Of a stretch of DNA of 44,311 nt, positions 1-9,292 are shown one piece after another; the stretch's first letter is position 1; each line of letters starts with the position of its first letter. The notes under the pieces were generated by a model, which saw nothing but the letters and a program-made list of their open reading frames with translations, searched no databases and was not told the DNA's origin. Location of the stretch: positions 1 through 44,311 of the forward strand of contig CBFGVM010000001.1 of the NCBI GenBank assembly GCA_965652015.1. The letters run 5' to 3'. A program made the translations under genes and the position numbers. The stretch comes from an uncultured Alphaproteobacteria bacterium (GTDB lineage: Bacteria; Pseudomonadota; Alphaproteobacteria; Rhizobiales; Xanthobacteraceae).

Positions 1-337
1 AAGCGCGGCCGAGCGCGAGCGGATCGACCCCGTGATGGGTGCTAAAGTGCTTGTCCTCGTAGGCGAGCAGAAGCTCTAGAAACCGCGGATCGACGTTCTC
101 GCGTGTCGCCGGCAATCGCCAGCGCCCTTCCGGCGTGGCGTAAGGCCGCAGCAGCTTTCCATCGCGATCCACCACCAGGGCGGAAAACGCAACGCCTTCC
201 CCTAGCGGTGCCGGGCCGAGGGAGGAGACCCAATACACGGCTGCGCACACGACGGCGATGATCGCGGTCGACGCCGCGATCAGGCCCGCGTGCAGCCCTC
301 GCCGCAGGCGCGATGGGTTTGCTCTCCCCCGCGCCAT
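1..337 (-). CDS. pbpC: penicillin-binding protein 1C (transglycosylase/transpeptidase), 5' part only; the gene runs off the left edge
   Basis: Hand translation of the minus strand from ATG at 337 gives MARGRANPSRLRRGLHAGLIAASTAIIAVVCAAVYWVSSLGPAPLGEGVAFSALVVDRDGKLLRPYATPEGRWRLPATRENVDPRFLELLLAYEDKHFSTHHGVDPLALGRA. This shows an N-terminal membrane anchor followed by the GT51 glycosyltransferase motif YEDKxFxxHxGVDP. It lies 41 nt downstream of an alpha-2-macroglobulin gene, the classic A2M-PbpC pairing. It is absent from the ORF track because it has no stop codon in the window. Confidence 0.8.
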   Translation of the reverse strand, partial: MARGRANPSRLRRGLHAGLIAASTAIIAVVCAAVYWVSSLGPAPLGEGVAFSALVVDRDGKLLRPYATPEGRWRLPATRENVDPRFLELLLAYEDKHFSTHHGVDPLALGRA

Positions 338-378
338 CGCCAGCGCTGGGATCGGAGGATTTGCCGACGGAAGCGGAC

Positions 379-3300
379 TCATTTTGCCGCTGTCACCTCT
401 ATCGTTCCCGTGGCGGTGCGGCCAAAGCGGTCGGGCCGGTACATGTCCTCCACATAGGCCTGGGGGTGCACGTAGCGTCCGGGCGAGACGGCGCGCACCA
501 CATAGGCGACGGTGAACACCGACGGATCGCCGCTCTTGCGCTCGAAGGCCGCGCTGAAGCGGTCATCGCGGAATTCCGCGTTCACCGGCTCCTGCGCATC
601 CGCGATCCAGGCGAGGGTGCCGGTGTCGCCGGAAGAGACCAGCCGCGGATTGTCGATCTCGAAACCCGCGGGCAGGTAATCGGCGACGATGAGGCGTCCG
701 AACTGCGGCTGCGGCTCGGTCATTTTCAGCACCACGGCAAAGCGCTGGTTCTGCTTGGCCTTGGTCGCATCGGCGGGCTTGCCGTCGAGCGTGTAATAGG
801 TGCGCTCGATCTTGAAGCCCCGCTCGGCGGCGGGCTCCGGCACCAGCGGCGCACCCGACACGGTGACGACGGCCTGCACGGGGCCTTCGCCGGCATTGGT
901 GAGCGTGAGCGGCTGTTGCAGGTCGCTCGCACGCAAGTTGCGATTGAGCGCGCCTTGCGTCCTCTCGCCGCCGACGTCGAGGGTGACTGTCTGCGCGTCC
1001 TTCGCCAAAGCGCGGGCCGCGAGCACCATCCACGCATTCTCTTGCGTCGAGGTGTACGGCGTGAGGTTACGCGCGGCCTCGACCCGCTCGACCGCACCGG
1101 TGATGGTCGGCCGCGGCGCGCCGCCTTCGGAGGCGAGCGTCACCAGCGCCGCCGCATCGCGCAGCACCGAGCCATAGTCGCTGCGGCCGTAGTCGAGCAC
1201 CGGCCGCGGCGCGATCGACGCGAGCGCAGCGGCATAGACGCGCTCGGTGCGGGCGCGATCCCCGAGCATCCCGAGCGCCGCGGCGATCTGCGCCTTGGCG
1301 ATCGGAGTTGCAATCGCGTCGAGCTTGGTGTCCGCGAAGTAACGCAGATCGCCGACCGGCGCCGCGCCGTTCCTCGCCAGCACGTAGAGCGCATAGGCGA
1401 GATTGCGCCCGCCGTCCTTCACGGAATCCTCGGCGTTGGCGACGAAATTGCGCAGCCGATCGAGCGCGAGTTTGAAGCCGATGTCGGGGACGGCAAAGCC
1501 GCGCTCGCGCGCCCGCGTCAGAAAATCGGTGACGTAGGAGTCGAGCCAGACGTCATCGCCGCCCGCGGACCACAGCCCGAACGAGCCATTGGAGCCTTGA
1601 CGCGCAAGCAGCCGGACGATCGACTCGCGAATGCGCGGCTCGACGGCGCTGTCGAGCGCAAGATGGGCGCTGCTGGCGAGATCGTTGACGTAGAGCAGCG
1701 GCAGCGCCCGGCTCGTGATCTGCTCCGAGCACCCGAACGGATAACGATCGAGCGCCGCCAGGAGCGCCGCCGCATCGAGCGCGTTGGAAACGCCGACGGA
1801 GAGCGCGACGCTTGCGCTCCCCGGCACGAGGTCGGCGAACAGATCGTTGGAGAGCGTGAGGCTTTCGCCCTTGGCGAGCGGCTTGACCGTGCGGCGCGCA
1901 AGAATTTGCGTCGCGGGCCGCACCGGCAATTCGTAACTGCGTTCCAGGACAAAAGCGCCGGGCCCGCTGACGCGTACGATCACTGCGGCGTTGCTGGCGC
2001 CGCGCGCCGACAGCGGCACGGTGGTCGAGTTGCGCTCTCTGGCATTGAGTTTGAGGATCTGCGGGGCCACGCTGCCAACGACGTCGACGCCTTCGCTCCT
2101 CACCTCCAATCGATAGTCGCCGGCTTGCCCTTCGACATTGTCGAGATCGAGATGCATAGCGCCGCGATCGCCGTGCAGAAGAAAGCGCGGCAGCGTCGCC
2201 GTGAGCACCACCGGATCCCGTATGGTGACGTCGCCGGCGGCCCGACCGACCTTGTCCTTCGACCAGGCGACCGCCATCACGCGCGCCGTGCCGGCAAAAT
2301 CGGGGATGTCGAACACGACTTCGGCGGTGCCATCGCCCTTGACGCTGACGATGCCGGAGTAGAGCGCCAGCGGTTTCTGCGTGGGCGGCGAGCCCTGCAG
2401 CTCGACCGCGGCATCGCCGCCGGTCCTGATCTGGCCCCGCGCACCTTGCATGCCGTCGATGAGCTGACCGTAGAGGTCGCGGATCTCGGCGGTGAGCCGC
2501 CGCTGGCCGAGATAATAGTCGTCGGGCGCCGGCGGCTTGTAGCCGGTCAGATTGAGGATGCCGACGTCGACCGCGGCGACGACGATGCGCGCCTCCTCGC
2601 CCGGGTTGAGTCCATTGACTTTGATCGGGATGCGCAGCGCGCTATTGGGACGCAGCAGCGTCGGTAAATTCATATCGAGCGCAAGCGTGCGTGCTTTGCG
2701 ATTGATTGAGAACCACTGCACGCCGATGGCCCGCCCGGGCATGCGCTCAGCGCGGCTGTCGAGCGGGCGCCGCAGCGTTGCCACCACATAGGCTCCGCTG
2801 CCCCAGTCGCTGCCGACCGGGATGCGCAGCTGCGCCGTGCCTGCGGCCACGTCCTGCGTGACCGTGGAGACCAGCCGGTCGGCGATCACGTTGAGCGTAA
2901 CCTTGCCGGCGGTGCGCGCGGTCACCGCGACCGTCATGCTCTCGCCCGGAACGTATTCCGGCTTGTCGAGGGCGATTTCGAGCAGATCCGGCGTGTCGGC
3001 GCTCGCCTCCGCGTACCAGCCGGCATCGAAGCCGACCGAGGTGAGTGGCCCGTTGCGATCGGCGGTCGACACTTCGAGGCGATAGCGACCCCATCCGACC
3101 GGCACCGAGATGCGCGCCGGCCTGTCGGCGGCCACGTCGATCCGTCCATCCGCGACGCGCTTGGTCGTCTTGACCGGCTCGAAGTCCCACGACCCGTCGC
3201 GGCGGTACCACTGATATTTCGTTTCGACCTTGAGCAACTCGTAGCGCAGGCCGTTGCGCGCAAGCGATGTTCCATCGGGAGATGCGAACACCACGTCGAA

Positions 3301-5583
3301 GGTCGCTGTATCGCCCTCGCCGAGCGAGCGGCCGGAGAACAGCGGCTTCACCCCGATCATCGGCCCGTCCGCAATCACCGGCAGCGTCAGCTTGCGTTCG
3401 ACCGCCCGCCCGCCGGGCTCGGCCATCCGCACGACGACTTGCGCCTCGAGCGGGCGCGTCGCCTCCGGTTGCTTTTCCAGCGTCACTGCAAAGCTCGCCT
3501 TGCCGTTGGCGTCGGTAACGGGCGGGTTTTCGAGCGGCTGACGCGTGGTGTCGACGTCCTCGTCGGCGAGCCCGAACTGGTAGCGGGCAAAGCCCGGCCG
3601 CTCGCTTGCCGGCGAGATGATCACCTCGCCCTCGAGCTCGAGCTTGGCGGCCGGCGCGCCATAGAGAAAACGCCCGTCGACCGTGATCTCGGCCGCGCTC
3701 GTCGTGGACACACCCTTAGCCTTGGAAGCCAGGTCGAATTCGATCCGATCGGGCACGTAGTCCTCGACCAAGAAGGTCGCCTCGCCAACCGGCGGGCGCT
3801 TCGGATCGGCGAAGGCGCGCACGCGCCATGTGCCGGTCGGGGCCGATGACACCAGCGCAACCGACAGCGCGCGCCCGCCCAAACCTTGATCGGGAACGAC
3901 GGCGCGGCGGTATTCGACACCGTCCGGCCGCTCGACCACGAGCGTGAGCGGCACATCGAGCGTGGCCACGCCCTGGCCGTCGCGCAAGAGCGTCGTCACC
4001 TGCACCGTTTCCCCGGAGCGGTAAACCCCGCGCTCGGTATAGACGAAAGCGTCGAGACCGCCCGGCACCACGCGGCCGGAGACGCCGCGGTCGGTGAGAT
4101 CGAAGGCCGGCGTCTTCAGGCTCAAGAAGGCATAATCACCGCCGCTGTCGCTCGCGATCAGCATGGCCGGCGCGAGCGCGCCCTCGCCGCGCGTCAGATT
4201 GGCCTCGAAGTGCACGTGGCCGCTATCGTCGGTGCGTTTGTCCGCAAGGACTTCGTTGCCGCGCGAGAGCAGCCGCACCCCGGTCGCGCGCTTCGGCTGC
4301 GTGGTATCGAGCGAATGCGCGAACGCGTGGATGCCGTCGTTGCCGGAAAACGCGGTCAGACCTAGATCGGAAACGATGAACCACTGGGCCGCGAGCGCAC
4401 CGAATTCGTCCTGGGGCGCGCCGGGGACTTGCGCCACCATCACGTAGACGCCGGGCGATAACGCGCCGATCGCCTCTCCAACCGGAAAAGCGGTGGTGAC
4501 ATCGGTGTTGAGCGCGTTCTCGACCGACATTTCGCCTTTCCAGGCCTGGAAGCCGCGCTTTTCGGCAATGCGCTCGAGGTCGTAACGGTAAAGACTGCTC
4601 TGGAAATCGCCTCCCATCACCGTGTCGAGCAGATTGCGATCGCCGATGCGATAGATTTCGAGCGCCACCGCCGCGGTATTGACACTCACCACCGGAATGC
4701 CGCGCTGGCCGGTGCGCGGCAGCACGTAAGCCTTGCCGGTGAAGCGCACCTGCGGCTTGCGATCGCGCACATAGATGTTGAAGTCGGCGGATTTCGACAG
4801 CGTCTCATTCACCTGCGAGGGAATGCCCGCACGCAGCGTGATGGCGTAACGCTCCCCATGCTTGAGCCCCTCGACGCAGAGCTGCCGCTCTTGCACCGAG
4901 AGTGCGGGCTTGTCCTGGCCGCCGACGGTGACGAACGGCGAGAAGTCGGTGCGCTTGCTCGGCAGATCCTCGGAGAACTGGAAGCAGGCGCGCGGCGAGG
5001 CGGCATCCGAATCGATCGTGTAGTCGAGCAGCCGGAAGCCGTGATCCTCACGCAGGCGCTCGTATAGCTGGCGCACCTGGGCGACCTCACTCAGCTCGAG
5101 CGAAACGCGCAACGTATCGAGCGCCGGACGCCATAGCTCGCGGTCGACATAGGTGCGCGCGATCACGGCCAAACTCTCAGCCTCTTCGGTGGAGTTGCCG
5201 GAGCGCTGGTAGGCGATGTAGGCGGCGGCGGCGGCGCGCTCGAGCAGCAGGGTCTTCTCGCGGTAATCGCTGGGGCGGAGCTGCCGCAGGTCTCTGGCGA
5301 GCCGCAGCCACGTTACGCTACGGTCGGGCGCGACCGCGACGATCTGCCCGAGGATCTGTACCCCGCCGCGGTCGTCGCCGCGCTGGAAGGCGGCGTCGAC
5401 CTCGCGCCGCAGCGCGGCAATGGGTTTCGTCACCTGGCCCGCTTCGGCCTTGATCTGGGCTTCCAGTTTGATCGCCGCGTCGGCGAGATCGGCGCGTTTG
5501 AACCGCTTGTCGGCGGCGATGGCGGGGACGGACAACAGCAGAACGAGCGCGGCTGCAAAGGCAGCGCGAACGAACGCGCGCAT
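379..5583 (-). CDS. bacterial alpha-2-macroglobulin family protein (YfhM/ECAM-like periplasmic protease trap), thioester type
   Basis: Part of the 1767-aa ORF 379..5682. The preferred start is ATG at 5583 (MRAFVRAAFAAALVLLLSVPAIA/ADK, a type I signal peptide), preceded by GGAGG. The intact thioester motif GCSEQ is encoded at 1720..1731 (Cys codon 1729..1731). Size and the downstream pbpC fit the family. Confidence 0.9.
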   Translation of the reverse strand: MRAFVRAAFAAALVLLLSVPAIAADKRFKRADLADAAIKLEAQIKAEAGQVTKPIAALRREVDAAFQRGDDRGGVQILGQIVAVAPDRSVTWLRLARDLRQLRPSDYREKTLLLERAAAAAYIAYQRSGNSTEEAESLAVIARTYVDRELWRPALDTLRVSLELSEVAQVRQLYERLREDHGFRLLDYTIDSDAASPRACFQFSEDLPSKRTDFSPFVTVGGQDKPALSVQERQLCVEGLKHGERYAITLRAGIPSQVNETLSKSADFNIYVRDRKPQVRFTGKAYVLPRTGQRGIPVVSVNTAAVALEIYRIGDRNLLDTVMGGDFQSSLYRYDLERIAEKRGFQAWKGEMSVENALNTDVTTAFPVGEAIGALSPGVYVMVAQVPGAPQDEFGALAAQWFIVSDLGLTAFSGNDGIHAFAHSLDTTQPKRATGVRLLSRGNEVLADKRTDDSGHVHFEANLTRGEGALAPAMLIASDSGGDYAFLSLKTPAFDLTDRGVSGRVVPGGLDAFVYTERGVYRSGETVQVTTLLRDGQGVATLDVPLTLVVERPDGVEYRRAVVPDQGLGGRALSVALVSSAPTGTWRVRAFADPKRPPVGEATFLVEDYVPDRIEFDLASKAKGVSTTSAAEITVDGRFLYGAPAAKLELEGEVIISPASERPGFARYQFGLADEDVDTTRQPLENPPVTDANGKASFAVTLEKQPEATRPLEAQVVVRMAEPGGRAVERKLTLPVIADGPMIGVKPLFSGRSLGEGDTATFDVVFASPDGTSLARNGLRYELLKVETKYQWYRRDGSWDFEPVKTTKRVADGRIDVAADRPARISVPVGWGRYRLEVSTADRNGPLTSVGFDAGWYAEASADTPDLLEIALDKPEYVPGESMTVAVTARTAGKVTLNVIADRLVSTVTQDVAAGTAQLRIPVGSDWGSGAYVVATLRRPLDSRAERMPGRAIGVQWFSINRKARTLALDMNLPTLLRPNSALRIPIKVNGLNPGEEARIVVAAVDVGILNLTGYKPPAPDDYYLGQRRLTAEIRDLYGQLIDGMQGARGQIRTGGDAAVELQGSPPTQKPLALYSGIVSVKGDGTAEVVFDIPDFAGTARVMAVAWSKDKVGRAAGDVTIRDPVVLTATLPRFLLHGDRGAMHLDLDNVEGQAGDYRLEVRSEGVDVVGSVAPQILKLNARERNSTTVPLSARGASNAAVIVRVSGPGAFVLERSYELPVRPATQILARRTVKPLAKGESLTLSNDLFADLVPGSASVALSVGVSNALDAAALLAALDRYPFGCSEQITSRALPLLYVNDLASSAHLALDSAVEPRIRESIVRLLARQGSNGSFGLWSAGGDDVWLDSYVTDFLTRARERGFAVPDIGFKLALDRLRNFVANAEDSVKDGGRNLAYALYVLARNGAAPVGDLRYFADTKLDAIATPIAKAQIAAALGMLGDRARTERVYAAALASIAPRPVLDYGRSDYGSVLRDAAALVTLASEGGAPRPTITGAVERVEAARNLTPYTSTQENAWMVLAARALAKDAQTVTLDVGGERTQGALNRNLRASDLQQPLTLTNAGEGPVQAVVTVSGAPLVPEPAAERGFKIERTYYTLDGKPADATKAKQNQRFAVVLKMTEPQPQFGRLIVADYLPAGFEIDNPRLVSSGDTGTLAWIADAQEPVNAEFRDDRFSAAFERKSGDPSVFTVAYVVRAVSPGRYVHPQAYVEDMYRPDRFGRTATGTIEVTAAK

Positions 5584-5659
5584 GGGGGGACCTCCATTCC
5601 CGTCGGGGTGGGGAAGCCGGACGGGGCGGGCAAGATCAACGTGAAAACGTGTCGAGCTC

Positions 5660-5682
5660 GTGGCCGGGCCGAGCCCGGCCAC
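5660..5682 (-). terminator. perfect 10-bp GC-rich stem-loop between the small secreted-protein gene and the A2M gene (attenuator, terminator or RNA-stability element candidate)
   Basis: gtggccgggc (5660-5669), cga, gcccggccac (5673-5682) form exact inverted repeats. On the minus-strand transcript a UUUU run follows only after about 12 nt, so this is not a textbook intrinsic terminator. Confidence 0.35.
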
Positions 5683-5706
5683 GTCGCAGCGCGCGGCGCT
5701 TTAGGG

Positions 5707-6126
5707 TCACCGGTTTAAGGAGACGCCGCGCGTTACCAAGCCACCTTGGAAATTGGAGGCTTGGGGTATAGCGCAAGTTTCCTTGGAAACAACGGCTGCC
5801 TTCCCGGATTCAACTGTTACGCCGCCTGTTGAAATTATAGCGCGAGCGGGGCCGCGCATCGTCACAAACCGCTGCAGTCCGTAGTGGCAAACCTGCAGCT
5901 CGCTGTTGGTCACCACGTCCAGCCTGGTCCGATCGCCAATGACATCGGTAGTGTCCAGCAGGCTCGGGGCTCCGCTAACCGAGGCAATGACCCGCCCGTT
6001 TACCAATGCGACATAGGCAACATCAGCTCTGGAGTCTTGCGCCGCCGACGGCGACAAGCCCAAGAGTGCGCCCAACCCGATGGCCGATAAGAGGACCGCG
6101 GCCCTGGTCGCCTTTGCAGAAATCAT
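5707..6126 (-). CDS. small secreted protein of unknown function (possibly FecR-like beta fold); paralog of 41604..42308
   Basis: 139 aa with a strong RBS (AAGGGGAAGG) before ATG 6126 and signal peptide MISAKATRAAVLLSAIGLGALLGLSPSAAQ. It matches the N-terminal part of ORF 41604..42308 at about 50% identity over about 100 residues in an ungapped by-eye alignment (ADVAYV..VNGRV...DRTRLD..NSEL..CHY...GP...GVT...C..P...QGGL..RG). Both Cys are conserved. Confidence 0.75.
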   Translation of the reverse strand: MISAKATRAAVLLSAIGLGALLGLSPSAAQDSRADVAYVALVNGRVIASVSGAPSLLDTTDVIGDRTRLDVVTNSELQVCHYGLQRFVTMRGPARAIISTGGVTVESGKAAVVSKETCAIPQASNFQGGLVTRGVSLNR

Positions 6127-6460
6127 AGGCCTTCCCCTTCGTTATCGAGGGCTGCCGGCTTAGGCCGAAGAAGGCGATCGCCGGACCACCCGAACGGCAG
6201 TTTTCAAAAAATTAACATTGAGGCGATCGGTGCGATGTGATGCCCATCACAAAAAGATCGGCAGGGTGTGATGGTGATCACAAAAGCGTCGAATCTGATC
6301 CCGCTGCGGTCAGGAAGCCACTCCACCGGGGCGAACTGCCTTTCAAGGAAGTGCTGCCCGGCGAGGCAAAGCGGCTTTTTGTGACCGCGATCATGGCTGC
6401 TCTCCTGTGCGTGCGCCATAACGTGGTGCATCCGTCGCTGTCGAACCAAAAGGAGAAGTC

Positions 6461-6715
6461 ATGAACACGCTTCGCAACAAAATGATTGCAGCCGTTGGCC
6501 TCGCTGTCCTGGCCCTGCCGACCACGGCGTTCGCCGAGTTCAAGCCGTCAGCGGAATTGCGCTCCGCCTGCATGAGCGATGCAATGAAGCTGTGCAGCGC
6601 TTCGCTGTTCAGCATGGACAGCATCCATGCGTGTCTGGAGAAGAAAAAGTCCCAAGCCAGTCCGAAATGTCAGGCGGCATACGACGCTGACTCGAAGAAG
6701 TCTACGCAGCGGTAG
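6461..6715 (+). CDS. small secreted cysteine-rich protein (Rhizobiales-type cysteine-rich repeat)
   Basis: 84 aa with RBS AAGGAG 6-7 nt before the ATG and signal peptide ending TTAFA/EF. Four Cys are spaced C-x7-C ... C-x11-C in the mature part. Confidence 0.7.
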   Translation: MNTLRNKMIAAVGLAVLALPTTAFAEFKPSAELRSACMSDAMKLCSASLFSMDSIHACLEKKKSQASPKCQAAYDADSKKSTQR

Positions 6716-7170
6716 GCTTTATTACTAGCCGCTCCGCTCGTCACAGGGTCAGCTGGTTCTGGGCTGTCCCTGTGGCTGCGCGTCAAGGTCGCTGGCGCGA
6801 GAAATAATTTGTGCGAGCGTGACATAGGCCCGAGACAGGGCTGACGGTGGGAAATTAGAAGAATTTCGGGGAGGGGCGGGGAGCTTAGTTCGGTCCTGCT
6901 TTCACACGAGCACCTGCAAATCGCCGTCATGCTGGGCAGGTTCTCCCGCGAATCGCCAGGGGCGTGATCGCGTCAGTGTGGTCACCCCAGCTCGCCGCCC
7001 GGCAAAATGCCGCGTTAAGCGAGGCCGATTTTTCTGCCCGTGATTTCTAGTCGTGATGTCGTGGTTGGAGGGGGAGGACATCCCGCTCCCGCGCCCTGGG
7101 CGAGGCTGTGCGCGATATCGGATAAGAGCTAGCATCCAACCGGCATGACCGTGATTGGATCGAGGCAGTC

Positions 7171-9153
7171 GTGCGGGATAAGCACTCACAGACCGAACAA
7201 GGGGAGCCGGCCAGGGAAGGCGCCGGAAAAGGTCCGCAGACCGATCACCTGCGCTATGCGCGTCTTCTTGGTCAAGTCGATCTGTTCGCGGGACTGGAGC
7301 GGGTAACGCTTGCCAAACTCGCGGCCCACTTAGAACCGCTGTTCTATCCGTCGCGTTCGATCGTCTTCCGGCAAGCTGAACCGGCGGATGCCTTCTATAT
7401 TGTCGCGACGGGATCAGTGGGCGTCTACCGTACTGGCGTCAGTCCTGCAGCTGACACGCTGGTGAAGATCCTTCATGCCGGCGAACCATTTGGTGAAATG
7501 GCGCTTCTCACCAACAGCGCGAGGACCGCTACCATCAAGGCCGAGACCGACTGCGAGGTTCTGCGCTTGGACCGCAGTTCGTTCCTCGATCTCGTGCGGG
7601 AGCAGCCGGGAGTGGCCCTTTCGATCGCCGCCACTCTTAGCCGCCGGCTGGCCGCTACGCCGGGTCAGCCGGATGAGGTGGATGCCGTGACTGTCGCTCA
7701 CACGGATTCGCAAGCCCGCGGCAGCGCTGTGGAGCTTACGCGGCCGCGATGGCGCCCAGGGCGGGGCGCGATAGCCATAGTGGCGGCCATGGTCATTCTG
7801 GCGCTTGGCTGGACACTGCCGCCGCCCTCCGGACTGTCGGAGGTTGCGTGGCATGCGCTAGTCGTGTTGTTGGCGGCGTTGCCCGCGCTCGCGCTCGATG
7901 CGCTGTTAGAGGGCGTGCTCGCACTTCTAATAGTGAGTGCCTGGGTAACGTTCGGCGTCACCACACCTGTTGTCGCTCTGACCGGTTTCGCCAGCGCGAA
8001 TTGGGTCTTCGTCGTCGCCGCGCTCATCATCGCTGCCGCCATCACCTCGACCGGCGTGCTCTATCGATTCGCGCTCGAAAGTATCGCCCGCATGCGGGGC
8101 GGCTTCCCGGGCGAGGTAATGGCGCTGTCGCTCGCTGGGCTGTTGATGGGCCCAGCGGTGCCGAATACGGTCAGCCGCGTCATCATGATCGCGCCGATGC
8201 TCAAGGACCTGGTCGAGGCGCTGGGCTACCGTCCGCAATCCAAGGCCGCGGTGGGACTCGCCATGGCGGCTCTGGTCGGCTTCGGTCAAATGGCAGCGAT
8301 GTTTCTCACCAGCTCGACTACAGCAGTCATGGTGTTGGCCGTGCTGCCGGCCCAGGCGCGAGGGGATGTCAACTGGATCACCTGGACCTTGTATGGCGCG
8401 CCCCTCAACCTCGTTCTTTTCGGCGGGTTACTCGCGTCCATCCTGTGGCTCTATCGGCCCGCTGCGGTGGAGCGGCAGCCGTCAAACAAGCGGGCAGCCT
8501 CACTCGCGCTGCAACGGGCTCTGCTCGGGCCAATGTCGCGCGACGAGAAGATCGCGCTCGGCGCTGGCATCGGTCTGCTCGTCGGCTTCATGACGGAGCC
8601 TCTACACGGCGTGGGTCCCGCCTGGATCGCGGTTCTGGCGACGGGCGTGTTGGCGGCAGCAGGCGTCGTTACCGTGAACACGCTTCGGGCCGTGAACTGG
8701 AACTTTGCGCTGCTGTACGGCGTGCTCATCAGCCTCGCCGCGGTATTCGCACACACGGGCCTCGATCGCTGGATTACCGCTCGGGTCAGCGCCGTAGGTG
8801 GCGACCTGCTGGCGGCGCCGGCCGCGTTCGTCGTCGGCTTAGCCGTGCTCTGCTTTGCGATCAGCTTCTTCGTACGGTGGCAGGCGGCGGCCCCCCTCAT
8901 CACCATCGCCTTCGCTCCCGTTGCCAGCGTGTCTGGTGTCCATCCCGTCATCGTTGGCCTGGTGGCCGTTATCGCTTGCAATGGCTTTTTCCTTCCGTAC
9001 CAGAACACTTGCTACCAGGCGCTCTATGCGGGCACCGGCGGCAAAGTCTTCACGTATCGCCAGGTCGTACCCCTCGCGCTGGCCTATGCCGCCTGGACGA
9101 TGGCCGCGATCATTGTCAGCTTACCGTTGTGGAAATTGATGGGCCTCACATAA
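7171..9153 (+). CDS. cyclic-nucleotide-binding domain fused to a DASS/SLC13-type anion permease
   Basis: 660 aa with a GTG start; there is no in-frame ATG before the cNMP domain. The N-terminus has a canonical cNMP-binding cassette (LFAGLE...FYIVATGSVGVY...GEPFGEMALLTNSARTATIKA). About 12 hydrophobic segments follow, with DASS-like loops (GPAVPNTVSRVIM; NGFFLPYQNTCY). Confidence 0.85.
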   Translation: MRDKHSQTEQGEPAREGAGKGPQTDHLRYARLLGQVDLFAGLERVTLAKLAAHLEPLFYPSRSIVFRQAEPADAFYIVATGSVGVYRTGVSPAADTLVKILHAGEPFGEMALLTNSARTATIKAETDCEVLRLDRSSFLDLVREQPGVALSIAATLSRRLAATPGQPDEVDAVTVAHTDSQARGSAVELTRPRWRPGRGAIAIVAAMVILALGWTLPPPSGLSEVAWHALVVLLAALPALALDALLEGVLALLIVSAWVTFGVTTPVVALTGFASANWVFVVAALIIAAAITSTGVLYRFALESIARMRGGFPGEVMALSLAGLLMGPAVPNTVSRVIMIAPMLKDLVEALGYRPQSKAAVGLAMAALVGFGQMAAMFLTSSTTAVMVLAVLPAQARGDVNWITWTLYGAPLNLVLFGGLLASILWLYRPAAVERQPSNKRAASLALQRALLGPMSRDEKIALGAGIGLLVGFMTEPLHGVGPAWIAVLATGVLAAAGVVTVNTLRAVNWNFALLYGVLISLAAVFAHTGLDRWITARVSAVGGDLLAAPAAFVVGLAVLCFAISFFVRWQAAAPLITIAFAPVASVSGVHPVIVGLVAVIACNGFFLPYQNTCYQALYAGTGGKVFTYRQVVPLALAYAAWTMAAIIVSLPLWKLMGLT

Positions 9154-9292
9154 GCCCGTGCTGACGAGGTGATCAGACGATCCGGCCTATTGCACTCCAG
9201 GATCGCTTCGCTGCCTATCGAGGTGTTGCGACCCTGCAGTTTTCGCGCCGGGCAATCTGTTCGACGTCAATGCGATGACAGCTCGGCTCGCC

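Noticed and set aside
313-2667. 784-aa plus-strand ORF antisense to the alpha-2-macroglobulin gene
   Set aside because: The composition is Arg/Gly/Ala/Asp-rich with no recognisable motif. It overlaps entirely with a minus-strand ORF that has strong family signatures. Long antisense ORFs are expected in high-GC DNA.
6204-6464. Overlapping ORFs 6204..6449 (-) and 6237..6464 (+) between the small secreted-protein gene and the Cys-rich protein gene
   Set aside because: They lack a convincing RBS, are His/Arg-rich with odd composition, and are mutually exclusive. I treated them as intergenic.
7749-9164. 471-aa alternative-frame ORF inside the cNMP-DASS permease gene
   Set aside because: It is Arg/Gly-rich with no TM pattern or motif. 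The annotated frame gives a coherent cNMP domain plus permease.
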